A stretch of 62,603 nucleotides of DNA, filler included, from Basidiobolus ranarum (taxonomy: Eukaryota): assembly GCA_040143965.1 (NCBI GenBank). It is 10 parts of 10 records of this genome, joined end to end, with 100 filler letters (N's around TTAATTAATTAA, not from the genome) between each part and the next. Parts side by side here need not be neighbours in the genome. Positions count along the whole stretch, not along the records: positions 1 to 6,185 come from JASJQH010001384.1; positions 6,286 to 12,469 come from JASJQH010001385.1; positions 12,570 to 18,750 come from JASJQH010001386.1; 7 more parts are not named here. One strand, 5' to 3'. The position numbers and the translations under genes were made by a program. Numbering within the stretch: position 1 is the first letter of the stretch; each line of letters begins with the position of its first letter. A model generated the notes under the pieces. It saw nothing but the letters and a program-made list of their open reading frames with translations. It ran no database searches and had not been told where the DNA came from. Below are positions 1 to 13,560 of the stretch, piece after piece.

Positions 1-2330
1 TAGAGGTAAGGGGTCAATCAATGAATTTTGAGGAAACTTGACAACAAATGCAGGACTTGATAAGCAGTTCAAATATTCTTCTAGCGAAACGGGCAATGGT
101 TTAGGGAATACTTCAGCATTTACGATTTCTGTGTGTCCCATAGTTAGCATTATCGCTTATCTTCGACAATAACTCGGGAATGCAGAAGTAGCAGTGAAGA
201 CCAACAGGTATAAGTTCCTTCTCTAGTGGTGAATAATTAAATTCTTTCAAAATAGGATTATTGGTAGAACAATGGGAGTAAGCCATGTTAACGACCATCA
301 CAATCACTGTGCGAGTTGGAAATCCAATAGCACAAGTGCATTTTGTGTACACTGTTAAAATATATGAAAGTTATTTTATATGAGCATACATATGTATCCT
401 CCATGTTGATTAATATGATCGCTCTGCACTTTATCCTGCATTTTTTCACAAATGTGACCATCTCTGGTACTGCAAAGTACGGACATATTAGGGCCCTCAA
501 TACTTGTTTAACCAAATTTGGGTATCGATGACATCAACAGTTAAATCGATTTTGGTTTTCCTTAAAGGTTTACCTTAGACTTCCTCTGGTATCAACTGCT
601 TAGGTGACATTGACCTGGAAACGTCCTATTCCATGGGACCGAACAAGCTGGTGTATTTTTTCAAGCCCTGTTTCAGCCTATATTGGAAGCAATGAAACAT
701 CGTTTCTACGTCATTGTATAACATCCAAGTGACTATTGAAGTGATTTACTAGAATTGTTTAGAGAGGTCGACTATTCTTGGTAACACTGACTGGTACTAA
801 TACGGTACCTCCTATATAATGATGTCTGAACGGCGATTTGGAGAATAGGTTCTACTAACTTGACTCTCTGTTTCATCTCATTGTTCATATGAGCGGAAAC
901 ATAGTTCTCATGATACATGAACATGATCCACCATTCCCGAACCCTGCCATTGCAGAGAATGCACAAATCATACAAACAGCAACCACAAGTCGTCTATGTC
1001 ATGATGGTTATTGATTTACATGATACTTCAATGCAGGCGATGCCTAGTGAATCATTTGTTCCCATTAAACAAAGCTTTGTGGCTCAATTAGTGAAGCTGA
1101 TTGATTACATAATCCTCTGCAAGATTTAAATATATTCTGTCGGAATCTGATTCTTGAGCACTGGGAACCACTATTCCAATAAGGAATTATCTAGGAATTA
1201 CAAATAATCGCTGTTCGTCCACTTACGTGCTAGCTATTTAAGTATACCTCCATTAACTCTAACCTCACTTAAATTAGCTCACTCCCTATAGTCTATATGT
1301 AGCATGATGACGAACGCAACGAGCCAATTGTGTCTCCATGTACCATATCGGTTACACAGGACAGTACATTTATGATCAGATTGCACGATAGATTGGTATC
1401 TCACACTGAATATTAGAAAGTGCACGTTTGGAATAAGCAGCCGTAGTACGTAACCGAATCTAGTGCTAGGCCAATAAGTCACTGAATAGTACTACGCTGG
1501 GTTCGTCTGAAAGAATAGTTGACATTTTCCGCTTGACCAATATTTACATCCTTTCACCTTAAGGATCGCTGTGATGCGTACGATTTTCCCGATGTCCTGC
1601 CGAGATCATCATAATTCAATTCAATTTTATGATTTTACAACATAGCCCCATTAGCTAATAAGAGAGACTCTGTTACCCAACCAATAGCTACGGGATTTTG
1701 AGGGCCTGTAGTGCTTAATTATGGTAGTTCTAATCGTTGAATATCTCTTCGTTCGTGGGATTCGTTTTTGGATATAGATCATTGAATAACGGTAGATTAT
1801 ACTCTCAAACATCTTGTCTTAGCTGAACCGCCCCTCTTATCCAAATGTAGGCAGAACTTCATTTTGCATTTCTAGAACCCAGTTGGTTATCCATATTCCC
1901 AACTCAGATACTCTATCTGGTTCCGATAAATCCGCATTTGAATACAGCTCTACTCTCTTCATTAGCTCCATCTGGCTGTTTTGAATTACTTCACCATTTC
2001 TGCATGATTTAACGGATCTTCAACAACCCCTAAGTAAATAGGGAGAAACACTCAACACAATAGTCTGTTTAAAGCATAGAAGAGAGCTTATCAAGTTTTT
2101 TCGAGGGGCTGATCTTCATAATGCTCTCAGCTTCAAGCTATAAGAGATATTATAGATTGTGTTGAATTTGAACTGGTTTCAGTAAAGATAAACTCTAAAG
2201 AAGCTTTCAATCTTGTTGGATTGATTCGATCAAAATGATGACCATGATCAACCGATTCTGACTTTTATGATGACCATGATTATGAAATATGATAAAATTT
2301 AGTATTCTACCCTTTTTGATTTCTTTTCTC

Positions 2331-3188
2331 ATGTCAGAACCCATCAAACCCTTGAAATTCAAAGAGAAAAAGAAAAAGAGAAAGCATCACAAGCATAAAC
2401 GAGAGCACAATTCTGATACCAAGAGTAGAGAATATGTTTTTGACGAACGTAAAACATTTGATGAGTATCATGAGGACAATCTACATGCTTCTTCAAGCTC
2501 CTTCAAACCCGATTTAGATTGGCAACAGCATTTTTTTGATGTTATGGCTGAAGATGAAGGCCAAGATCGTTGGGATAACTATTTCGAACATAGAAATTGG
2601 CGTGGAAACGGTAACAAAATAGATACTTTAGATGACGAGGAATATCGAGAATACGTTGTTTCAGGCATGTATGCGCGAAGACATGCTGCTGAAATAGAAG
2701 AGAAAAAGCGTCGTGATGAAGCTCGTAAGGCCCGTAAACGCGATCGTGAAGAAGCTAGGAAAAAATGGGAGAAAGAGGAGTCGAAACTGCGTGATGAACG
2801 TTTAAGAAAACGGGAGATACGACGTGAAGTTGAAATGGAACAGGCTCGCAAGGAATATTATTCTCGCTGGGGCCAGGTTAAGCTAGACAAAGACGAGTTG
2901 AATTTCTTTTCCATACCATGGCCTACCGCGGAGGTATCTGAGAAGGCCCTCAGCTCTGATACATTCACTATTAGCTCGTTGCGGGAATTTTTCTTATCTC
3001 CCAATATTACATCGACGGAACAACGCAAGATTGTTCGTCAAGAACAACTTCGCTGGCATCCTGACAAATTTACACAGGTATTTGGCGAACGATTTTCCAA
3101 CGGGAAGGAACGACACATCATTCAAAAATCTGTACAATCTATTTCGCAAGCGTTAAATGAATTGTGGGCTTCTTTGAATACCACTTAA
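2331..3188 (+). CDS. NF-kappa-B inhibitor-like protein 1 (NFKBIL1)-like nuclear protein with a C-terminal HPD/J-like helix
   Basis: Single-exon ORF; likely start MSEPIKPLKFKEKKKKRKHH at 2331 (the ORF is open from 2289). Basic NLS, charged coiled coil, then 'SIPWP...VRQEQLRWHPDKFTQVFG', the C-terminal signature of NFKBIL1-like proteins. No ankyrin repeats seen. Confidence 0.65.
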   Translation: MSEPIKPLKFKEKKKKRKHHKHKREHNSDTKSREYVFDERKTFDEYHEDNLHASSSSFKPDLDWQQHFFDVMAEDEGQDRWDNYFEHRNWRGNGNKIDTLDDEEYREYVVSGMYARRHAAEIEEKKRRDEARKARKRDREEARKKWEKEESKLRDERLRKREIRREVEMEQARKEYYSRWGQVKLDKDELNFFSIPWPTAEVSEKALSSDTFTISSLREFFLSPNITSTEQRKIVRQEQLRWHPDKFTQVFGERFSNGKERHIIQKSVQSISQALNELWASLNTT

Positions 3189-4174
3189 TTATTGTGCATT
3201 CTCATGTATATATTTTTCAGGTAAATCATATGAAAGCCCAACATATACATTTCCAAGGGAGATCCAATATTCTTCTGAGCATATTGAAATACAAATGATC
3301 ATCATCTCTTAAATCTACCAGCAATACACTAAAGTTTCAGAGGAACACCTATTTCTGCACAATACAATCAGTTTATTTAGAATAAAAATACAACAGAATT
3401 ATTAGAGATTATGCATGTGTCACCCATCGAATATAATATCAATATTCCAATATGAACCCTGACTTGGTGCTCTCCACATACATGTACATACAGACTGCTA
3501 TCATTACCATAACCTCACCTGTAGCATACGTTTGGCTCTACTTTTATTTCATGAATCGATTTAGTTATATGCTTTATTCGTCACTGCTTTCCTGGCTAAA
3601 ACAATCTAGACACGTCGTTCACAATGATGTTTCATCAAGATCATCAACAATATGTAAAAATATAGTATACGATGCATATTAAATATATAGACGAGCCTGA
3701 TAGCAAGTGGCCATTTCAAACCAAATTACAAACATTATTAGTGTATATCGGCGATGTAACAAACTATGTATGCAACCTGCAATTAAACAACAGCACATTC
3801 TCAATAATAACCTTAAATTTTGACATCGATCATTTGCCAAACCATAGACTAAACGGTCATAAAATGACATTTGTATGCCAATGTTATTGCTACCTAAGTA
3901 TCGAATATCTAGTAGCTTTGTAACTACATATTTACTACCCAGATGGGTAGATATCTCAGGATTTCCGAGGCGAATGTAAATGTGTGGAAAATAAATAAGA
4001 ATCAATAGCTGGATTATATCACCGCGCTCGGTGAAAAGGTTTTATCAAAGTACAATATTAAAGAGTTACAAAATTCGTGCATGCATGAAATTAAGAATTC
4101 TTCACTTTCTATTCGGTTCTTATGGCCAACATGTCGCAAATTAGACAAACATGATCATCGTGTGTAGATACTTC

Positions 4175-5745
4175 TTATTCTGCCACTGCCTCGAAGTTCA
4201 ATTTCTTTGCAATTTTACGCGCACCATCGTCAATCAAATCTTGAAGGGCAGGGATGATTGAAGAACAAACAGAAGTTAAATATGTAGCTTAAAAAATACA
4301 ATCTAACCGAGAATTTTACCTGTATCCAGCTTTCTTTTAGCATCATCCTCCACTATATCTTTGACTGGCGGCTTAGGTAACTTCTGGGGTTGAGTTGGAC
4401 GTGGTTTACTCTGGAAATAAGGATGGAGAAGTGCCTATATGATTTCAGTAGGGAGTCAGATTATTTTTGTATACTTAAAAGTCATAGAGTTGATTACTTG
4501 ACGAGCACTGATTCTTTTAGAGGGGTCGTAAACCAGCATCTTCTCCATAAGATCAAGAGCATCTGCACCAGCTGCTGTAAAAAGACTCTTCAAAGGAGTT
4601 TTGGGGTACTGTTTGAAAGGTATGTAGTCCGGTAACTCTGTCATATTCTATGTTAAGAATCGTTGAGTATTGAATGCAACAAAGGTTAATAATTACATAT
4701 ATTAGCTTACTGGCCATTCCTCCTCAGTTGGTGTACCCAGCGCTCTAAAAATTGTGTTGAGTTGATCAACGTCTGTATCCCCTGGGAGATACGGTGTACG
4801 AAGCATTAATTCAGCAAAAATACATCCCACAGCCCAAATGTCGACTCCATGTCCATACTGTTTGGCTCCAAATAGTAACTCTGGTGCACGATACCATCTA
4901 ATTTGGATATCATAGTATGGTTAGGAATTTCCCATTTGTAGAAACAAAATATTTTAACGAAATTGGATTACCTGGTAACCACTTGAGATGTCAACAAAGA
5001 ATTAGCATCACCGAACTCTCTTGCAAGACCAAAATCGGCAAGTTTGAGTTGTCCATCGCCACCAACCAACAAGTTATTGGGCTTTAAATCCTTGATCGGT
5101 AATGGTGTTATATAAATCTTGAACAAGTATAAACATAAGAATGAACTTTAAACTACCCTATGCAAAACCCAGTTACGGTGACAGTGGTCCAAGCCACGCA
5201 GCATCATCATCATCCAACTTTTAATGTCTGCGGGCATAAATACTAAGCTTTTATCTTTGATGATCATTTCAAGGTCTGAATCAAGAAATTCCAACACGAG
5301 GTTGAGATTTCCTTTATGAGAAAACACGTCGACCAACTAAAGAGTATTGAGTATAAGTATAACTATTTCTTTCACCCAATTTGCTTTCCAATATAACAGA
5401 CAAAGCAAAGAATACCTCGATAACATTGGGGTGTCTCAACTCCTGTAAGGCTTTAACCTCTCTGATAGCTGACATATCAAGGCCATCTTTGAACTCTCTA
5501 ACTTTGATTTTTTTGATAGCGATTTTTCTACCAGTATCTGTTTGTATACCTGCAAAAAAAAGTAGTTGCAATTAAGAAATCAGGAACAATGTAGCCGTTG
5601 GAGAAGTTATGAATAAATGTACTGCTATACCCTGATAAACTACAGCATAGGTACCCTCTCCGACTTTCTTATCTTTGAGATACTTTTTTTGAGTAGTTTT
5701 ATTGTGCTCTTCGGAAGTGCCATCTATTTCCACATGGGCACCCAT
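4175..5745 (-). CDS. KIN28: TFIIH/CAK cyclin-dependent kinase (CDK7/Kin28/Mcs6), multi-exon
   Basis: Spliced translation: [77 protein letters not shown]..ending [19 protein letters not shown] introns. Confidence 0.93.
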
Positions 5746-6185
5746 TGTTTTTGAGTTAAAGAAAACCGAAAGTCGTTGATTTTTAACAAACTTGTCAAAT
5801 ATATTATATTGAAGAAAAAGGTCACATTGTAAGAAACTTTTTAGGAGTGAACTTAATTGGTCTACATGCTAGAGAACATTGATTATAGTCTAAAAATTTT
5901 GTGATAAACATTCTGAATATTCTGGATGATTTATGATGAAAATCCTCAGATTAGAAGAACTTCAATACAATTCTTTTCGATTTAACCAAGAAAATATTAG
6001 CTCGATCCTGCATCAGTATCGCAAATAGAATCTAAAACTATCGAAAAATACGCTAATAAATGGGTGTTGTTGGACCAGAATGACATTGAAAGGATTGGAC
6101 AATATACCATAATATTTGAAGTGTACTCTGCCTTTAATCCACCAACAACAATGCTACAATTGGGGAAAGATTTATTTTTCTTTTT

Positions 6186-6285
6186 NNNNNNNNNNNNNNN
6201 NNNNNNNNNNNNNNNNNNNNNNNNNNNNNTTAATTAATTAANNNNNNNNNNNNNNNNNNNNNNNNNNNNNNNNNNNNNNNNNNNN
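6186..6285. other. Artificial contig linker N44-TTAATTAATTAA-N44
   Basis: N run with a palindromic six-frame-stop spacer. Confidence 0.98.
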
Positions 6286-7696
6286 AAAGTGAGCAGTGGC
6301 TTTACCTCGGCCGGACAAGAATTGTTATCGGCCTTGTCGAGCATAAGAAACTCTAACTGTGTACTATATTCGCTGATCGATTCGACCGACTTGACTGTGA
6401 TATCCGTAGTATTCAGGTCAAGCTTACGAAGATTTCGGCACTTTTGAACGATGGGAATCACACTTGAATCCGAGATATTGGTGAAGTACAGGGAGATCTC
6501 CACCAGGTTTGGACAATATTTAGCGATGACTTCTCCAATATCTACCGGTAGCTTACTGAAAGAGATCGATAGCTTGGTCAGCCTACTTCCACAAGAGCGT
6601 AAGAATTTCTCCCATTCGCCCAGAGTCGCGGGCTCCTTAGATATGTAAGTCAACTCCAGTTCTTTCAGGTTTCTTTTCTCACTTTTCGACACTAAGTTAA
6701 GGATATCTGTGAAAGCAAAATGGGATAGAGAGAAACTTTCTAGTTTCACCAAAGATTTCCATAATTTACTAAACAACTCTTCTGGTATTGATACCTGTGC
6801 TTCGGGACTGAATAAGATTCCAAATTTCCTTAATCTTCCTGCGAACTTTTTCATCATCTGTCGTAGTAACATATGTACTGTGACATCGCTATATGTCCCA
6901 GTGAACTCCAATTTGATTTGGTTTACTTTGGGACAATATGAGGCTAACGAGGTGATCAAGTTACGAGGTATGTCGTTCGCGCACAACTCAAATCGAGATA
7001 GGTTTGGTAGCCTCTGTAGAAGGGATTTTATCAAGGTTTCATCGAATTCATCCCCGGTCAAATCGATAAATGTGACTGAGTTGGAAGTTGGAAAAGTGAT
7101 GGGCAAAGAGATTCCGGAGAAACCGTACAGTCTCAGACTCAATTCTCTTAGATCTTCGCATTCTCGAAACAAGGAGGCCATAAAAGTGACCCCTTCTTCT
7201 GAAGGTATCACCTCTATGCAGTTAATCTTTTGCAGTTTGTTCAAAAACCCGAAATCTGGAGTGGTAAGTGAGGATTGCGATAGTGAAGCAAAGCAGGGGA
7301 ACATCACTTGTTGTAAGTTTGGTAGATATCTCAACAGTTTTTGAAAGTAGGCCATAACTTCTCTACGATATCCATCACAATCTAACTCCAGTACTAACTT
7401 CGCCACTACACATAAATGAGGGTTAAATTGGTGTCAAACGAAAGAAGAGAAGATTAGACTGAGTACTTACGCTCAGGATTATTCACGATAGTTTTTCTAA
7501 ACAACTCGAATTGTCTACGTTTACAAAAACTCGGTGAACGCCATAAAAAAGGTTTCGCGACCTGGCACCATTTTTGAGAGACCAAACAACATTTAGATAG
7601 GCTTGAGAGATCTTCAGAAAACCATTGGAATACATATACTAGTATTTCTTTGGTGAAAGGAGAGTTGGTTGGCTCAGCGTCACTCTGTTCTTTCAT
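6286..7696 (-). CDS. F-box/leucine-rich-repeat protein (3' end cut by contig end)
   Basis: Exon 1 has an F-box (PFTKEILVYVFQWFSEDLSSLSKCCLVSQKWCQVAKPFLW). Intron at about 7406-7470. Exon 2 has cysteine-containing LRRs (CPNLVEISL, CRNLRKLDL). Confidence 0.85.
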
Positions 7697-8468
7697 ACTT
7701 TGAAAGTGAACGAGTTGTTGATTGATTAATTCGCTCTCCTCCAGATATCGTTCCAAAATAAATACTCGAATTCCCTAGGTTTCATACACTGCGGGCAATA
7801 TTCTCACCCGCGCCGGATCACCTAGTGTCATCCAATATTCCACCCATAGAGCTAAGTATCTGGAGCCAGTAGAATTGATTCAACTTTCGTGATCCGTGAT
7901 TTCAATTTGCAAGCTACATCAACATTGATGCTGATGCAACCATTGATTCGAGTAGAGCCCCAATGAGCCGTAGGAAGTTAATCTAAGCCTGTCAGACGTT
8001 GAACCTGTACCATCTCACAACCATGAAAGTATTGCTATGGAAGTGTTGTGTGGTGGGAGTAGAAATCAGACGATCTCGGAGTACAAAGCTCATCTGGTCG
8101 AGTGTTTTACCTCTCTCGCCAGTCAGAAAGTAGTCACATGCACTCCAGCTTGAAAACCTCGCGCTCATCTGATCACAGTATTGATGGGGCCATTGGAGAG
8201 ATAAATTAGTGGATCATACCAAATACTGTTTGTTGCACATCTTTTTGGGGAGCGGAGGGTTGGAAATAGGGGAGGGTCGGTTGAGATGAGAATGGGTTTG
8301 GAAATGGAGGGAACACATAGATGTCAATGTTGGCTTTGGTTGGAGGTTGAATCCTACCAAGGGATCAATCAAATGGCATCGTGGTTCGTATTTTTTTAAT
8401 GAACATATCACAATGATCTTTGGTCTGATTTTCTTGAAAAAAAAACTGATTGATTTTCATTTATGTAG

Positions 8469-10205
<1,737 letters not shown>

Positions 10206-11347
10206 TATCGTTTCTCTTTTATGCTGGTCGATCTTTTCGTCATATACATATAGACTTAGTACTTTTAATAAAATAGCTATGAAGCTCTGGATGCCTTTGG
10301 CAGCAACACGCCCATGGATCTTGAATCAACTAGAACTTACCTTTCATCTGTAAGTGTAGTAGAAGATGGGGAAGTGTAGTCTTGGATGTGATCTAGGGTA
10401 TAGAGCGGGTCTATCAATAATGATATGGCATTACCCGTGCGATCGATTGTCAGTGAGATAAATTCTACTATATCACAGGCATCTACCATCAAGCTTTAAG
10501 CCTTGAGACTGCCTGCTAGAACTATAGTCGAGTTTCAACCAGGAATATAGGCATTGTCTAGTTATCTGAGCCAACAGCAACATAGGGGTCACAGATATAC
10601 ACATATAAACGCCCAGTCCAGTTTCCTCGAGTGTATTGTTTCCAAATACGGTATTGAAGTCTACGCCAGAGTATATTTAAAAATTCACTTTATCCTGGCA
10701 ATTTCTATATTGGATTGCTTAATTGTTCCGGGAATTGGAACATTCGGGACTGGATCATGTTTCAATAGAATTACCGCAGTCAGTACACACTTTTATGATG
10801 TATTCATTGGCACACTCAAAGGCTGACTCGATCCTCACTGTTATGAACCCGTATTTATCATATCATCATATACCTATAAACAACAACTATGAGCATGGTT
10901 GGCCACTAGAATCAGCTACAAGTGGGCGTTCCGATGTAGATGCTCTAATATCATAATAATTGGGTACTTGGGGGACGAGTTGTCGCAGTGATTGGTTTCA
11001 CGTTCATTTAATGATTGTAGTGATTTGATCTGAACAGACACAGCACAATATGTAACTCTCGGTGCGTGGCCAATGAACACGAGTATTAGAGAAGTGGAAA
11101 AGAAGTAACCGAGCGAAATCTATGGGACCTATTGCTTCTTATTGAACATTTCTCTTTAACATACTAATTACAAATACTCTCCACGGAATGGATTGATCTT
11201 GAAACTAGTATCCCGATTCAATCCTTTCTGAAGTGTTCGAAAGCACTAGATATATACAAACAAAGATTATCCTGTCTACAAAGGAGTTGGGTGTTATAAT
11301 ATGTATATATGGACCAGCCACCGATGTAGTAAATATCTGACACACTT

Positions 11348-12469
11348 CTATAGAGAACCGGGCTTCATCGCTTCTTCGTGCATATCCATGGTCTACAAAA
11401 AGAGCTCAGTAAGAATCACTGTTCTCCACACAGTCACTGTATGAACTTACCTCGATTTGTTCTTCCAGCATTCGGATCATCACATCAGGTGTGAGCATTG
11501 ATGCCAACTGCTTCACTTGGCTTTCCAAATGAATTCGAATCTCGCGTTCCATCCTCAATCGTTTGTCGAAATCTCTTTCACATCGATCTGTAGTGACCAC
11601 AAGGTTCTCATAGTTCTGCGACACCTGACGAAGCATCGTACCTTCAACACAACATTAGCATATCGAATATCTACATCTCAGGCTATGCAATCACTTACGA
11701 AGTTCCCGAATGGTTTGATCCTTATGGCGTGACTCTGCCTCGAAACGTTTGCGGGAGGCTAGTTCAATCATTAAGTTGCGCGAAATGGTATCCCGTTTCT
11801 GAATCTCTACACTCCCACGTTTGATAAGTATTCGAAGTGATCGTTCTCATTAGATGAACAAGTACCTACCCAAATCAACTCTATCATGGAGTTTGCTGAC
11901 TTTGCGACGTAATTGCTACATAGTTGTGATAAGTTACTTTCAATGACCCTAATCAATAATGCTTATTTAGAATCCGAGTCAAGTACCTCAACCTGAACAC
12001 CATCTTCAGAACCACCGATGGAGTCGTTAGAGATAGAGTTCTTTCGTTTCAGTGCGCTCCTAATAGATATAAATTGATTAGCATATCTCTCGAAGCAATT
12101 CTCTGAAATGCAACAAAATGCCTACTTTGGTTCGACTGATTTACTGAACGAAGTGGCCGAATCAAGGCTAACCGAACTAGGGGTTCTCACGCGAGGAGAC
12201 ATACCAGTGTTCTTTGGTTTCCCTCTATAGTGATTATAAAAAGTTCATCGAAGTGTTTACATCAACTGAATACCACTGCAAAGGTTCTTACTGTTTTTCA
12301 AGATATACCGAACAGAAATGATTGTTCCATTCAGGTCTGGGCTTTGGGGTTTGCTTTGCTGGAGTGGCGCGTTGTGGGGAAATTTGATATGTTGGGCGTT
12401 CTTCGACTGCAGGTTTGGGGATTCGGTGTGGTGAATCTATAAAACCAAACCGACGAAGTGGCCTGGGGG
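11348..12469 (-). CDS. Uncharacterised multi-exon protein, Pro/Ser-rich region then coiled coil (5' end cut by contig end)
   Basis: GT-AG exons give ..RIPKPAVEERPTYQISPQRATP..RVRTPSSVSLDS..QLRRKVSKLHDRVDL..ELASRKRFEAESRHKDQTIRELR..DFDKRLRMEREIRIHLESQVKQL..EEAMKPGSL*. Family not recognised. Confidence 0.7.
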
Positions 12470-12569
12470 NNNNNNNNNNNNNNNNNNNNNNNNNNNNNNN
12501 NNNNNNNNNNNNNTTAATTAATTAANNNNNNNNNNNNNNNNNNNNNNNNNNNNNNNNNNNNNNNNNNNN
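12470..12569. other. Artificial contig linker
   Basis: N44-TTAATTAATTAA-N44. Confidence 0.98.
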
Positions 12570-12767
12570 GTGCAAGTATGCAGAAAGTGGCTTCAGAAGA
12601 AGAACATTCAACTTGACATTCAGTCAGGTGTTGACCATGCAGATATCTGGGAAGAACTTAATACAGAGTGGCACAATATTGCAGGGTATCTGCCAGACTG
12701 CTGGAAGAATGTTGATTCAGCAATGTTTATACAATGGTGGGCTTTAATGGAGATATTGATACAGTAG
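12570..12767 (+). mobile_element. Possible degenerate Tc1/mariner (IS630-like) transposase C-terminal remnant
   Basis: Translation DIWEELNTEWHNIAGYLPDCWKNVDSAM, then VGFNGD in a shifted frame, loosely resembles the Tc1/mariner C-terminal helices (LWE.L..EW..I...L...W.N...NG). No CpG seen in this stretch. Resemblance by eye only. Confidence 0.3.
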
Positions 12768-12768
12768 T

Positions 12769-12933
12769 GGTCATGGCACCTATGTGGCTGGAATTGTAGC
12801 AGCTAAGGACAAAATATTTTTTGGAGTGGCACCCAATGCTATTCTCAGAGCTTATTGAGCTCTCAGTTATAAGGTACAGGGGACAACAGATGATGTGCTC
12901 CAGGCTCTAGAGATGGACATTGTCAATCTTTCA
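12769..12933 (+). pseudogene. Decayed fragment of an S8 subtilase (catalytic His region)
   Basis: Aligns directly to 15731-15913: GHGTYVAGIVAAKDKIFFGVAPNAILRAY*. In-frame TGA at 12856 and an 18-nt deletion. Confidence 0.9.
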
Positions 12934-13254
12934 AAAATAAATATTTGGAATGTATGGCATAAAATATCAGTATTTCAGTACTAATATTTCTACAATGTTA
13001 TGGACAATTGAGATTCATGAAGCTGTCTGAAATGGTACTAATGAACAATACATCTGACCAGTACTCTACTATCCACTATTGAGGTTTACATACTCATATA
13101 GCAAGTGGGCTGCTATAAACTTTACTTTCATTCTATATGACATTAACACTGCATGAACGGATGCAGCAGTGACACCAACAAAATTGTGCTCACCAGATGA
13201 TGAGAAAATCATCTGGCAAGATATTTTTTCATTGTGTTACAAGCAATGTACTTA

Positions 13255-13560
13255 CTGCTGAAATCAGCATACCCTAAACATATATACAGGCTTATATAGC
13301 TTAGTACTTGATCTTTCCATATTTCACCAAGATATCACTTACTCTTCTCAATTGGAATTTACTTAGAAGTTCAAAGATATATAGATTTTTTAAACTTGTC
13401 CCAGAAGCCCCAAACTTTGCTAACACATTCTACACGTTTGTTTGTTAACCTCTTGACAAAACTGTAAATGTAAACTTTCTACTCAATAAATCAGTAAGTG
13501 AAAATCACTCATTCTTCTAGTTCTCCAAACCACTTTCAACAACTCCCAAAATACTTCAAC
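13255..13560 (+). repeat. Interspersed repeat family, copy 1 (probable TE remnant)
   Basis: Matches the reverse complement of 54958-55289 and 18641-18750. Shared core: ttgacaaaa..actttctactcaataa.tca.taagtgaa..ttctccaaaccactt.caaca..ctcccaaatactt. Confidence 0.85.

Noticed and set aside
2236-2280. ATGATGACCATGAT direct repeat with an internal CTGA (box C/D-like)
   Set aside because: The C-to-D distance is under 30 nt, too short for a snoRNA; a small local duplication is the simpler explanation.
5338-5415. CDK7 intron beginning GTATTCTTTG as a possible U12-type intron
   Set aside because: It mismatches the near-invariant GTATCC donor and has no TCCTTAAC branch point.
6230-6241. Recurring TTAATTAATTAA palindrome as a biological repeat or CRISPR-like array
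   Set aside because: Always centred in N runs at contig joins; it is a standard six-frame-stop linker.
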